NCBI RefSeq assembly: GCF_024700885.2
Contig: NZ_CP117016.1
From: Escherichia coli
Lineage (GTDB): Bacteria > Pseudomonadota > Gammaproteobacteria > Enterobacterales > Enterobacteriaceae
Direction: 5' to 3' (one strand)
Length of the DNA stretch: 64,000 bases
Below are positions 28,981 to 39,699 of the stretch, piece after piece; the stretch's first letter is position 1; each line of letters begins with the position of its first letter. A program made the translations under genes and the position numbers. Below the pieces are notes generated by a model. It saw only the letters and a program-made list of their open reading frames with translations. It was not told the DNA's origin and made no database searches.

Positions 28981-30396
28981 GTGAAACAAAGCACTATTGC
29001 ACTGGCACTCTTACCGTTACTGTTTTCCCCTGTGACAAAAGCCCGGACACCAGAAATGCCTGTTCTGGAAAACCGGGCTGCTCAGGGCGATATTACTGCA
29101 CCCGGCGGTGCTCGCCGCTTAACGGGTGATCAGACCGCTGCTCTGCGTGATTCTCTTAGCGATAAACCTGCCAAAAATATTATTTTGCTGATTGGCGATG
29201 GGATGGGGGACTCGGAAATTACTGCTGCACGCAATTATGCCGAAGGTGCGGGCGGCTTTTTTAAAGGTATCGATGCCTTACCGCTTACCGGACAATACAC
29301 ACACTATGCGCTGAATAAAAAAACCGGCAAACCGGACTACGTCACCGACTCGGCTGCATCAGCAACCGCCTGGTCAACTGGTGTCAAAACCTATAACGGT
29401 GCGCTGGGCGTCGATATTCACGAAAAAGATCACCCAACGATTCTGGAAATGGCAAAAGCCGCAGGTCTGGCGACCGGTAACGTTTCTACCGCAGAGTTGC
29501 AGGATGCCACGCCCGCCGCGCTGGTGGCGCATGTGACCTCGCGCAAATGCTACGGGCCGAGCGCGACCAGTGAAAAATGTCCGGGTAACGCTCTGGAAAA
29601 AGGCGGAAAAGGATCGATTACCGAACAGCTGCTTAACGCTCGTGCCGATGTTACGCTTGGCGGCGGCGCAAAAACCTTTGCTGAAACGGCAACCGCCGGT
29701 GAATGGCAGGGAAAAACGCTGCGTGAACAGGCACAGGCGCGTGGTTATCAGTTGGTGAGCGATGCTGCCTCACTGAATGCGGTGACGGAAGCGAACCAGC
29801 AAAAACCCCTGCTAGGACTGTTTGCTGACGGCAATATGCCAGTGCGCTGGCAAGGACCGAAAGCAACGTACCACGGCAATATCGACAAGCCCGCAGTTAC
29901 CTGTACGCCTAATCCGCAACGTAATGACAGCGTACCGACCCTGGCGCAGATGACCGACAAAGCCATTGAATTGTTGAGTAAAAATGAGAAAGGCTTTTTC
30001 CTGCAAGTTGAAGGTGCGTCAATCGATAAACAGGATCACGCTGCGAATCCTTGTGGGCAAATTGGCGAGACGGTCGATCTCGATGAAGCCGTACAACGTG
30101 CGCTGGAATTCGCTAAAAAGGAGGGTAACACGCTGGTCATAGTCACCGCTGATCACGCCCACGCCAGCCAGATTGTCGCGCCGGACACCAAAGCGCCGGG
30201 CCTCACCCAGGCGCTAAATACCAAAGATGGCGCAGTGATGGTGATGAGTTACGGGAACTCCGAAGAGGATTCACAAGAACATACCGGCAGTCAGTTGCGT
30301 ATTGCGGCGTATGGCCCACATGCTGCCAATGTCGTTGGACTGACCGACCAGACCGATCTCTTCTACACCATGAAAGCCGCCCTGGGGCTGAAATAA
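28981..30396 (+). CDS. phoA: alkaline phosphatase
   Basis: 471-aa ORF with signal peptide and the DSAASATAW active-site serine region; the start is probably GTG. Confidence 0.95.
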   Translation: MKQSTIALALLPLLFSPVTKARTPEMPVLENRAAQGDITAPGGARRLTGDQTAALRDSLSDKPAKNIILLIGDGMGDSEITAARNYAEGAGGFFKGIDALPLTGQYTHYALNKKTGKPDYVTDSAASATAWSTGVKTYNGALGVDIHEKDHPTILEMAKAAGLATGNVSTAELQDATPAALVAHVTSRKCYGPSATSEKCPGNALEKGGKGSITEQLLNARADVTLGGGAKTFAETATAGEWQGKTLREQAQARGYQLVSDAASLNAVTEANQQKPLLGLFADGNMPVRWQGPKATYHGNIDKPAVTCTPNPQRNDSVPTLAQMTDKAIELLSKNEKGFFLQVEGASIDKQDHAANPCGQIGETVDLDEAVQRALEFAKKEGNTLVIVTADHAHASQIVAPDTKAPGLTQALNTKDGAVMVMSYGNSEEDSQEHTGSQLRIAAYGPHAANVVGLTDQTDLFYTMKAALGLK

Positions 30397-30397
30397 A

Positions 30398-30442
30398 ACC
30401 GCGCCCGGCGGTGAATTTTCGCTGTCGGGTGGTTTTTTTGCT
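30398..30442 (+). terminator. putative rho-independent terminator after phoA
   Basis: GC-rich imperfect dyad followed by a ttttttt run. Confidence 0.5.
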
Positions 30443-30514
30443 GTTAGCAACCAGACTTAATGGCAGATCACGGGCGCAAACGCTCATGGTTAAAACATGA
30501 AGAGGGATGGTGCT

Positions 30515-30835
30515 ATGAAAATAACATTACTGGTTACCTTGCTTTTCGGACTGGTTTTTTTAACCACCGTCGGCGCTGCCGAGAGAACCTTAACCCCGCA
30601 ACAACAGCGTATGACCTCCTGTAATCAGCAGGCGACGGCGCAGGCGTTGAAAGGGGATGCTCGTAAGACCTACATGAGTGATTGCCTGAAGAACAGCAAG
30701 TCTGCGCCTGGTGAAAAAAGTTTGACGCCACAGCAGCAAAAGATGCGCGAATGTAATAATCAAGCAACGCAACAATCTCTGAAAGGTGATGATCGTAATA
30801 AGTTTATGAGCGCCTGCCTCAAAAAAGCCGTCTGA
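30515..30835 (+). CDS. psiF: phosphate starvation-inducible protein
   Basis: ORF 30497..30835 trimmed to MKITLLVTLL (106 aa); internal duplicated motif LTPQQQ(R/K)M..CN.QAT.Q.LKGD.R. Confidence 0.85.
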   Translation: MKITLLVTLLFGLVFLTTVGAAERTLTPQQQRMTSCNQQATAQALKGDARKTYMSDCLKNSKSAPGEKSLTPQQQKMRECNNQATQQSLKGDDRNKFMSACLKKAV

Positions 30836-30936
30836 TATCTGATAGTGCTAACGGGTGAGCTACGAAAATGGCTCACCCGAAATTTCATACTTCTGCCTTT
30901 AGCCCCGTCTCTATAATTTGGGAAAATTGTTTCTGA

Positions 30937-32052
30937 ATGTTCCCAAAAATAATGAATGATGAAAACTTTTTCAAAAAAGCGGCGGCGCATGGGGAGGAAC
31001 CTCCTTTAACTCCTCAAAACGAACATCAGCGGTCCGGGCTGCGCTTCGCCCGTCGCGTCAGACTACCCCGCGCGGTTGGCCTGGCTGGCATGTTCTTACC
31101 GATTGCTTCAACGCTGGTTTCGCACCCGCCGCCGGGCTGGTGGTGGCTGGTGTTGGTCGGCTGGGCGTTCGTCTGGCCGCATTTAGCCTGGCAGATAGCG
31201 AGCAGGGCCGTCGATCCGCTTAGCCGGGAAATTTACAACTTAAAAACCGATGCAGTATTAGCGGGAATGTGGGTAGGCGTAATGGGCGTAAACGTGCTGC
31301 CTTCCACCGCGATGTTGATGATTATGTGTCTGAATTTGATGGGGGCAGGCGGCCCCCGTCTGTTTGTCGCGGGTCTGGTGTTGATGGTGGTTTCCTGCCT
31401 TGTCACCCTCGAACTGACGGGCATCACCGTGTCGTTCAATAGTGCGCCGCTGGAATGGTGGCTCTCCCTTCCCATTATCGTCATTTATCCTCTGCTGTTT
31501 GGCTGGGTCAGCTACCAGACGGCGACTAAACTGGCGGAACATAAACGCAGGTTGCAGGTCATGAGTACCCGCGACGGTATGACGGGCGTGTATAACCGAC
31601 GTCATTGGGAAACTATGTTACGCAATGAATTTGATAACTGTCGGCGGCATAACCGCGATGCGACATTACTGATTATCGATATCGACCATTTCAAGAGCAT
31701 CAACGATACTTGGGGCCATGATGTGGGCGATGAGGCGATTGTGGCGCTTACCCGACAGTTACAAATAACCCTGCGCGGTAGCGATGTGATTGGTCGGTTT
31801 GGCGGCGATGAGTTTGCGGTAATCATGTCCGGTACGCCAGCTGAGAGCGCCATTACCGCCATGTTACGGGTGCATGAAGGGCTAAACACGTTACGTTTGC
31901 CGAATACGCCACAGGTAACATTACGGATTAGTGTGGGGGTTGCGCCGCTGAATCCACAAATGAGTCACTATCGCGAGTGGTTGAAATCGGCAGATTTGGC
32001 GCTCTACAAAGCAAAGAAAGCCGGACGTAACCGCACCGAAGTGGCGGCCTGA
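30937..32052 (+). CDS. dgcC: diguanylate cyclase with N-terminal MASE2-type membrane domain
   Basis: 371-aa ORF with GGDEF active-site motif (RFGGDEF); the adrA/yaiC orthologue position. Confidence 0.88.
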   Translation: MFPKIMNDENFFKKAAAHGEEPPLTPQNEHQRSGLRFARRVRLPRAVGLAGMFLPIASTLVSHPPPGWWWLVLVGWAFVWPHLAWQIASRAVDPLSREIYNLKTDAVLAGMWVGVMGVNVLPSTAMLMIMCLNLMGAGGPRLFVAGLVLMVVSCLVTLELTGITVSFNSAPLEWWLSLPIIVIYPLLFGWVSYQTATKLAEHKRRLQVMSTRDGMTGVYNRRHWETMLRNEFDNCRRHNRDATLLIIDIDHFKSINDTWGHDVGDEAIVALTRQLQITLRGSDVIGRFGGDEFAVIMSGTPAESAITAMLRVHEGLNTLRLPNTPQVTLRISVGVAPLNPQMSHYREWLKSADLALYKAKKAGRNRTEVAA

Positions 32053-32068
32053 CGTCCGGCAAAAATCA

Positions 32069-32878
32069 TCAGGATTTGCTGAGTTTTTCTGATTTTTCCA
32101 TACACTTCGTCATCGCTTCGATCACTGCGGCACGGAAGCCTTTCTCTTCCAGTACGCGTACCGCCTCAATGGTGGTGCCTCCCGGTGAGCAGACCATATC
32201 TTTCAGTGCCCCCGGATGTTCTCCCGTTTCCAGCACCATTTTTGCGGAACCCATGACCGCCTGAGCGGCAAATTTATACGCCTGGGCGCGTGGCATCCCG
32301 CCCAGCACGGCGGCGTCGGCCATCGCTTCGATAAACATAAAGACGTAGGCTGGCGAAGAACCGCTCACACCGACCACCGGGTGGATCATCGGCTCAGCAA
32401 TTACTTCCGCTTCGCCAAAGCAGCGGAAAATATTCAGCACATCAGCGGTATCTTCTGGGGTTACCAGCGCGTTTGGCGTTACGGAGGTCATCCCGGCATT
32501 AACCAGCGCGGGAGTGTTCGGCATGGCGCGGATAATTTTCCGGTCATGGCCCAGCGCGCGGGCAAGCTGGTCGAGTGTGATACCTGCAGCAATAGAAACG
32601 ACCAGAGAGTCTTTATTCAGGCTGGAGGTGATTTCGCTAAGCACTTTAATCATGATGCCAGGTTTAACGGCGGCAAAAATGATGTCGGCGATTTGCGCCA
32701 CTTCTTGCGCCGATTCTGCGGCGTTGATGCCGAACTGGTCATGCAGGGCGGCGACTTTATCCGGGGAGGGGGTATATACCCAGATTTGCCCTGGAAGCAC
32801 CTGACCGCTGGCAATCAGACCGCCGAGAATGGCTTTTCCCATATTGCCGCAGCCAATAAAACCGATTTTCTTTTCCAT
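32069..32878 (-). CDS. proC: pyrroline-5-carboxylate reductase
   Basis: ORF 32069..32986 trimmed to [14 protein letters not shown] (269 aa); Rossmann GxGxxG. Confidence 0.92.
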   Translation of the reverse strand: MEKKIGFIGCGNMGKAILGGLIASGQVLPGQIWVYTPSPDKVAALHDQFGINAAESAQEVAQIADIIFAAVKPGIMIKVLSEITSSLNKDSLVVSIAAGITLDQLARALGHDRKIIRAMPNTPALVNAGMTSVTPNALVTPEDTADVLNIFRCFGEAEVIAEPMIHPVVGVSGSSPAYVFMFIEAMADAAVLGGMPRAQAYKFAAQAVMGSAKMVLETGEHPGALKDMVCSPGGTTIEAVRVLEEKGFRAAVIEAMTKCMEKSEKLSKS

Positions 32879-32997
32879 TGCCTCACTCCTGCCGTGAAAT
32901 TCATTGTTTTGATAATCGCTGGCAGAAGCATAAACAGAACTATGCCGGAAGGCAAAAGCGCGACACAATAGAGGATTACCCAACAAAGGATGACTTT

Positions 32998-33456
32998 ATG
33001 ACAATTTGGGTGGATGCCGACGCGTGTCCCAATGTAATTAAAGAGATTTTGTATCGCGCGGCGGAACGTATGCAGATGCCGCTGGTACTGGTAGCAAACC
33101 AGAGTTTACGCGTGCCGCCATCGCGATTTATTCGTACGCTGCGCGTCGCGGCAGGTTTCGACGTTGCCGATAACGAAATTGTCCGGCAGTGTGAAGCGGG
33201 CGATTTGGTGATCACCGCAGATATTCCTTTGGCTGCTGAAGCCATCGAGAAAGGCGCGGCGGCGCTTAATCCTCGCGGCGAACGTTATACGCCAGCGACC
33301 ATTCGTGAGCGCCTGACGATGCGCGATTTTATGGATACCTTACGTGCCAGTGGGATCCAGACCGGAGGACCAGATAGTCTTTCACAACGTGACCGCCAGG
33401 CCTTTGCCGCGGAGCTGGATAAGTGGTGGCTGGAAGTGCAACGTAGTCGTGGCTAA
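32998..33456 (+). CDS. yaiI: UPF0178/DUF188 protein
   Basis: ORF 32878..33456 trimmed to [12 protein letters not shown] (152 aa). Confidence 0.8.
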   Translation: MTIWVDADACPNVIKEILYRAAERMQMPLVLVANQSLRVPPSRFIRTLRVAAGFDVADNEIVRQCEAGDLVITADIPLAAEAIEKGAAALNPRGERYTPATIRERLTMRDFMDTLRASGIQTGGPDSLSQRDRQAFAAELDKWWLEVQRSRG

Positions 33457-33600
33457 ATGTAATTTATTATTTACACTTCATTCTTGAATATTTATTGGTA
33501 TAGTAAGGAGTGTATTGAGATTTTCACTTTAAGTGGAATTTTTTCTTTACAATCGAAATTGTACTAGTTTGATGGTATGATCGCTATTCTCATGATACCG
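33456..33600 (+). promoter_or_regulatory. aroL promoter with TyrR boxes and a TrpR-type operator half-site
   Basis: tgtaatttattatttaca and tggaattttttctttaca fit TGTAAA-N6-TTTACA; gtactagtt matches the Trp-repressor operator core. Confidence 0.65.
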
Positions 33601-33638
33601 GCTTTCGCCGCATTGCGACCTATTGGGGAAAACCCACG

Positions 33639-34163
33639 ATGACACAACCTCTTTTTCTGATCGGGCCTCGGGGCTGTGGTAAAACAACGGTCGGAATGGC
33701 CCTTGCCGATTCGCTTAACCGTCGATTTGTCGATACCGACCAGTGGTTGCAATCACAGCTCAATATGACGGTCGCGGAGATCGTCGAAAGGGAAGAGTGG
33801 GCGGGATTCCGCGCCAGAGAAACGGCGGCGCTGGAAGCGGTAACTGCGCCATCCACCGTTATCGCTACAGGCGGCGGCATTATCCTGACGGAATTTAATC
33901 GTCACTTTATGCAAAATAACGGGATCGTGGTTTATTTGTGTGCGCCAGTATCAGTCCTGGTTAACCGACTGCAAGCTGCACCGGAAGAAGATTTACGGCC
34001 AACCTTAACGGGGAAACCGCTGAGCGAAGAAGTTCAGGAAGTGCTGGAAGAACGCGATGCGCTTTATCGCGAAGTTGCGCATATTATCATCGACGCAACA
34101 AACGAACCCAGCCAGGTGATTTCTGAAATTCGCAGTGCCCTGGCACAGACGATCAATTGTTGA
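33639..34163 (+). CDS. aroL: shikimate kinase II
   Basis: 174-aa ORF; P-loop GPRGCGKTT. Confidence 0.93.
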
Positions 34164-34203
34164 TTTTCGAGCGCCTATACTTAACGTTCATCCCGTGAAA
34201 TAA

Positions 34204-34404
<201 letters not shown>

Positions 34405-34661
34405 CCGCATCAGACTGCTCGGAAGGGATTCTGAGTGCCACCACAAGGGATCTGCGTCACATTTTTCACAATTCATGTTTTTCAAATAATTAGAATATTA
34501 AACAATAACAATCCATTACTGGAATCATTTGGAATCTTTACATTATGCCGTGTAGGTCTGCTGCTACGCTTTTTGTCATTTGTAGCACAGGTAAGTGTCA
34601 GCAGTGGTGCTTAGCGCTTGCCCGGTAATTAACGACGAAATAAAAGTAAGGTGGAAGAACA

Positions 34662-35339
34662 ATGAGTGCGTCGTTGGCGATCCTGACCATCGGCATTGTA
34701 CCTATGCAGGAAGTTTTGCCGCTCCTGACAGAATACATTGACGAAGATAATATTTCCCATCATAGCCTGCTGGGGAAGTTAAGCCGCGAAGAAGTGATGG
34801 CGGAGTACGCGCCAGAAGCAGGCGAAGACACAATTCTCACATTATTAAATGACAACCATCTGGCCCATGTTTCGCGTCGCAAAGTAGAGCGTGACCTGCA
34901 AGGTGTGGTTGAAGTGCTCGATAATCAGGGCTACGACGTCATTATATTAATGAGTACGGCAAACATTAGTAGTATGACTGCGCGTAATACGATCTTTCTT
35001 GAGCCGTCGCGGATATTGCCACCGCTGGTTTCCTCTATTGTTGAAGATCATCAGGTAGGGGTTATCGTACCGGTTGAGGAGTTGCTGACCGTTCAGGCGC
35101 AAAAATGGCAAATTTTGCAGAAACCGCCGGTATTTTCATTGGGTAACCCCATTCATGATTCAGAACAAAAAATCATTGATGCCGGGAAAGAATTACTGGC
35201 GAAAGGCGCAGATGTCATCATGCTGGATTGTTTGGGATTTAACCAGCGTCATCGCGATTTACTGCAAAAACAGCTCGATGTTCCTGTCTTGCTGTCTAAC
35301 GTATTGATTGCACGGCTGGCTGCGGAATTACTGGTGTAA
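34662..35339 (+). CDS. aroM: AroM family protein
   Basis: 225-aa ORF; aroL-yaiA-aroM order. Confidence 0.85.
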   Translation: MSASLAILTIGIVPMQEVLPLLTEYIDEDNISHHSLLGKLSREEVMAEYAPEAGEDTILTLLNDNHLAHVSRRKVERDLQGVVEVLDNQGYDVIILMSTANISSMTARNTIFLEPSRILPPLVSSIVEDHQVGVIVPVEELLTVQAQKWQILQKPPVFSLGNPIHDSEQKIIDAGKELLAKGADVIMLDCLGFNQRHRDLLQKQLDVPVLLSNVLIARLAAELLV

Positions 35340-35410
35340 TTTTGCGTGACAGCCAGCGCCTCTGGCCCCTATAGTGAAGTAGATGTTCAACTACCAGACA
35401 GGGCCAGTTT

Positions 35411-35695
35411 ATGCTTCAAAGTAATGAGTACTTTTCCGGCAAAGTGAAATCGATCGGCTTTTCCAGCAGCAGCACTGGTCGCGCCAGCGTGGGGGTTATG
35501 GTTGAAGGCGAATACACCTTCAGCACCGCTGAGCCTGAAGAGATGACGGTAATCAGTGGCGCGCTGAATGTGTTACTGCCTGACGCGACCGACTGGCAAG
35601 TGTATGAAGCCGGTTCGGTGTTTAATGTTCCCGGTCACAGTGAGTTTCATCTGCAAGTTGCCGAACCCACCTCTTATCTGTGCCGCTATCTGTAA
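35411..35695 (+). CDS. ppnP: pyrimidine/purine nucleoside phosphorylase (DUF1255)
   Basis: 94-aa [20 protein letters not shown]. Confidence 0.85.
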
Positions 35696-35902
35696 TTCCT
35701 CGCCTTCCCCTTGAACGGGAGGGCATTTTTCTGAAATGTCCTCTCTTTAACCCATAATAATATTTCCTTTGCTGGGATTTTTTCGATTTCCGATATATTC
35801 ATAATTCATCAAGGTTGATATAAATATCAGCGAAGATCTCCAGATATTTTTGCGGAACTGGCCACGATAAAAGATAAATCAGATGATGAATGGTGGCGTG
35901 CA

Positions 35903-36232
35903 TTGCTGCAAAGTCGCAATGATCATTTGCGCCAAACGGCATTGCGCAACGCACATACCCCGGCGTCTTTGTTAACGACATTGACTGAGCCTCAGGATCG
36001 GGCGTTGGTTATTAATAATCCACAGTTGGCTGCCGATGTGAAAACGACGTGGTTAAAAGAGGATCCATCATTACTCTTATTTGTCGATCAACCCGATCTT
36101 TCGCTGTTACGTGATTTAGTGAAAACAGGGGCAACGCGGAAAATTCGCAGTGAAGCGCGTCACCGGCTTGAGGAAAAACAAAAAACGCATAATATTGCTG
36201 CGCTAAAAATTATTGCCCGCCGTAGCGAATAA
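35903..36232 (+). CDS. ykiA: hypothetical protein with leucine-rich-repeat-variant-like helical repeats; possibly a gene remnant
   Basis: 109-aa ORF with a TTG start; the frame stays open upstream to about 35819 with no ATG; AT-rich upstream; symbol from position only. Confidence 0.4.
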   Translation: MLQSRNDHLRQTALRNAHTPASLLTTLTEPQDRALVINNPQLAADVKTTWLKEDPSLLLFVDQPDLSLLRDLVKTGATRKIRSEARHRLEEKQKTHNIAALKIIARRSE

Positions 36233-36237
36233 TTATA

Positions 36238-36296
36238 TGCCTGGTGTAGCTTCGTACGCCGGATAAGACGCGGCAGGCGTCGCATCCGGCATTAAA
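36238..36296. repeat. REP element between ykiA-like ORF and rdgC
   Basis: gcctggtgtag...cgccggataagacgcggcaggcgtcgcatccggca. Confidence 0.7.
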
Positions 36297-36309
36297 GGAA
36301 AATCAGCAA

Positions 36310-37221
36310 TTAACGTTGTGCTTCGCCACCTAATCCTTCAATCAGGTTTTGAATTAACGCTGCCAGTTCACCAGTCATCAGGATGAAATCGGCATCAAAG
36401 CGCTGGGCGAAATCTTCACGGTCGATATCTTCGTTTTGATCGCGCAACTCGTCGCAGAACTTCAGACGCTTGAGCGAACCATCGTCGCACATCACAAACT
36501 GAATGCGCTGCTGCCAGTCGAGCGCCAGTTTAGTCACCACTTTTCCGGCTTCGATGTGATTGGTGATCTCTTCGCTGGTCAGATCTTGTTTCTTCGCGCG
36601 GATCACTCCACCATCTTCCAGCAGCGATTTCAGCTCGGCTTCATCAAGCAGCTGGAAGCCCTGTGCCGCGCTGCCGGAGCGTACCCATTCGGTCAGCGTC
36701 AGTTCAATCGGGTTTTCCATGCTCAATGGTACAACCGGTAACGACCCCAGGCTTTTACGCAGTAATGCCAGCGTATCTTCCGCTTTTTTGGCACTGGCGC
36801 AGTCCACCATAATCAAACCATTAACCGTGTCGATCCACATCATTGTCTGGCTAAAACGGCTGAAAGCACGCGGCAGCAGAGAGTGCAGCACTTCGTCTTT
36901 CAGCGAATCTTTTTCGGTTTTCTTCAGCTTACGCGCCTGTTCCGCTTCCAGTTTGGCGATTTTCGCTTCCAGCGCCTGTTTAATCACCGGAGACGGGAGG
37001 ATTTTTTCTTCTTTGCGCGCGCAGATAACAATTTGACCATTGGCAACGTGCGTTAACGCATCGCTGTGCGATCCCATCGGAGGAACCCAGCCCATCTTCG
37101 CCATGTCCTGGCTGCCGCATGGGGTAAATGCCATCGAGGCTAGCTGTTTTTCCATCTCTTCTGCACGCAACGAAATCTCGCGGCTAAGACGGTAAACCAT
37201 TAAATTTTTGAACCACAGCAT
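36310..37221 (-). CDS. rdgC: recombination-associated nucleoid protein
   Basis: ORF 36310..37293 trimmed to [12 protein letters not shown] (303 aa). Confidence 0.92.
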
Positions 37222-37345
37222 GATAATTTCCACGGCCTTGTCGTTAAATTTAGCGGGCATGATAACGAATTGTCGGCGGCCTTGCATTGCCAATCCAGTT
37301 GTCCGTCTCTACGCTATTGATATTGAAAAAAATAAGGAGAGTACC

Positions 37346-38254
37346 GTGCGTATAGGTATCGATTTAGGCGGCACCAAAACTGAAGTGATTGCACTGGGCG
37401 ATGCAGGGGAGCAGTTGTACCGCCATCGTCTGCCCACGCCGCGTGATGATTACCGCCAGACCATTGAAACGATCGCCACGCTGGTTGATATGGCGGAGCA
37501 GGCGACAGGGCAGCGCGGAACAGTGGGGATGGGCATTCCTGGCTCAATTTCGCCTTACACCGGCGTGGTGAAGAATGCCAATTCAACCTGGCTCAACGGT
37601 CAGCCATTCGATAAAGACTTAAGCGCGCGGTTGCAGCGGGAAGTGCGGCTGGCAAATGACGCCAACTGTCTGGCGGTTTCAGAAGCGGTAGATGGCGCGG
37701 CAGCGGGAGCGCAGACGGTATTTGCCGTGATTATCGGCACGGGATGCGGCGCGGGCGTGGCATTCAATGGGCGGGCGCATATCGGCGGCAATGGCACGGC
37801 AGGTGAGTGGGGACACAATCCGCTACCGTGGATGGACGAAGACGAACTGCGTTATCGCGAGGAAGTCCCTTGTTATTGCGGTAAACAAGGTTGTATTGAA
37901 ACCTTTATTTCGGGCACGGGATTCGCGACGGATTATCATCGTTTGAGCGGACATGCGCTGAAAGGCAGTGAAATTATCCGCCTGGTTGAAGAAAGCGATC
38001 CGGTAGCGGAACTGGCATTGCGTCGCTACGAGCTGCGGCTGGCAAAATCGCTGGCACATGTCGTGAATATTCTCGATCCGGATGTGATTGTGCTGGGGGG
38101 CGGGATGAGCAATGTAGACCGTTTATATCAAACGGTTCCGCAGTTGATTAAACAATTTGTCTTCGGCGGCGAATGTGAAACGCCGGTGCGTAAGGCGAAG
38201 CACGGTGATTCCAGCGGCGTACGCGGCGCTGCGTGGTTATGGCCACAAGAGTAA
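37346..38254 (+). CDS. mak: fructokinase/manno(fructo)kinase, ROK family
   Basis: ORF 37208..38254 trimmed to the GTG start [13 protein letters not shown] (302 aa) preceded by aaggaga RBS; ROK zinc motif CYCGKQGC. Confidence 0.88.
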   Translation: MRIGIDLGGTKTEVIALGDAGEQLYRHRLPTPRDDYRQTIETIATLVDMAEQATGQRGTVGMGIPGSISPYTGVVKNANSTWLNGQPFDKDLSARLQREVRLANDANCLAVSEAVDGAAAGAQTVFAVIIGTGCGAGVAFNGRAHIGGNGTAGEWGHNPLPWMDEDELRYREEVPCYCGKQGCIETFISGTGFATDYHRLSGHALKGSEIIRLVEESDPVAELALRRYELRLAKSLAHVVNILDPDVIVLGGGMSNVDRLYQTVPQLIKQFVFGGECETPVRKAKHGDSSGVRGAAWLWPQE

Positions 38255-38269
38255 AAAACGTAGGCAATT

Positions 38270-38385
38270 GGCGCATCATGCCTGATGCGATGCCGCGTCT
38301 TATCAGGCCTGCAAAATGTGCCGGAACCGCAGGCCGATAACGCGTTCACGCCTCATCCGGCAATAAGCAACGCGCACCGTGACAG
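38270..38385. repeat. Pair of REP elements (BIME-like) between mak and araJ
   Basis: gcctgatgcgatgccgcgtcttatcaggcctgca ... ggccgataacgcgttcacgcctcatccggca. Confidence 0.75.
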
Positions 38386-38389
38386 TAAT

Positions 38390-39574
38390 CTACCCCAGTG
38401 GTTTCGCCAGCACCGGACTATCCGCCGCTTGCTGGCGTTTATAGCGACCATACAGCAGCAACGACGACATCGCAGCAAACGAAAGCAGGGCGGCAGGCAG
38501 CGCCACGTAATTATATGCCAGCCCCAGCGTCAGCATCATACCACCGCAATATGCGCCGACGGCGCTACCGAGGTTAAACGCTATTTGCCCACCTGCGGCA
38601 CCTAATAACTCTCCGCCTTTGGCATTTTGCAGTAACAATATTTGCAGTGGTGCTGAAAGGGCAAATAATCCCGCGCAACAAATAAATGCAAAAATAAGCG
38701 ACGTTGTTTTCATGCCGCCGAAGAAAAAGAGCATCAGCAGTGCCAGCACAATAATAAAGTCAGTTACTGCCGCAATGCGCAGTGGTGAATAACGTCCTGA
38801 AATCCGGCCACTTAGCACATTCCCCAGCACCATCCCTAGCCCAACTAACATCATAATAAAAGTCATCGCCGTTTCCGAAAAACCGGAAATAAACATCATG
38901 TATGGCTTTACGTAGCTGAACCAGGCAAACACACCTGCGTTGCCAAACATGGTGGCGGCGAAAATTAACCACGGGGCCGGGCTGCGCAAAAAGTGAAATT
39001 GTTCGCGTAGCTTTCCTTTCGCCTCGTCGCGAATATCCGGCACCCAAAAATAGACCGATGCCATCACCGCAATATTAAAAACAGCGATCAATAAAAAGGT
39101 GTAACGCCAGCTAAATTCCTGACTTAAATACGTTCCCAGCGGAATGCCCAGCAAATTGGCGACTGTCATCCCGGAAACCATCCCCGCCACGGCGGCGGTG
39201 ACTTTGCCGGGTTTGATAATTTTTGATAACACGATCGCTCCGACGCCAAAAAATGCACCATGCGGAAAGCCGGAAACCAGCCGACCAATGGCGAGCATCA
39301 GGTAAGACGAAGAGAGCGTGAACATGGCGTTGCCAATGACGCACAACGCCACCAGAAACAACAAGATATGTTTGAGTGAGTAGTGGCTGGAAAAGAGTGC
39401 GATGATTGGCGCACCGACCACCACCCCCAGCGCATAATACGAGATCATATGTCCGGCAGCAGGAATCGAAATTCCTACGTTATGCGCCAGCTCCGTGAGC
39501 ACGCCCATAATGCCAAATTCGGCCATCCCCAAACCAAACGTGCCCAGAGCCAAAGATAAAATGACTTTTTTCAT
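38390..39574 (-). CDS. araJ: MFS transporter, arabinose-inducible
   Basis: ORF 38390..39658 trimmed to MKKVILSLALGTFG (394 aa); 12-TM profile. Confidence 0.88.
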   Translation of the reverse strand: MKKVILSLALGTFGLGMAEFGIMGVLTELAHNVGISIPAAGHMISYYALGVVVGAPIIALFSSHYSLKHILLFLVALCVIGNAMFTLSSSYLMLAIGRLVSGFPHGAFFGVGAIVLSKIIKPGKVTAAVAGMVSGMTVANLLGIPLGTYLSQEFSWRYTFLLIAVFNIAVMASVYFWVPDIRDEAKGKLREQFHFLRSPAPWLIFAATMFGNAGVFAWFSYVKPYMMFISGFSETAMTFIMMLVGLGMVLGNVLSGRISGRYSPLRIAAVTDFIIVLALLMLFFFGGMKTTSLIFAFICCAGLFALSAPLQILLLQNAKGGELLGAAGGQIAFNLGSAVGAYCGGMMLTLGLAYNYVALPAALLSFAAMSSLLLYGRYKRQQAADSPVLAKPLG

Positions 39575-39699
39575 ACCACCATCACAACCACCAGAACGGC
39601 TACCAATCACCGTAGCCAATAAAGTGATAGCTTGCAGGATAACGACCAGCAAGGCCAAGAGATAATTCGCCCCTCTGTATTCATTATCCTGCTGAATAG

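Noticed and set aside
32216-32971. 251-aa plus-strand ORF inside proC
   Set aside because: Antisense to proC; His/Arg-rich translation typical of shadow frames
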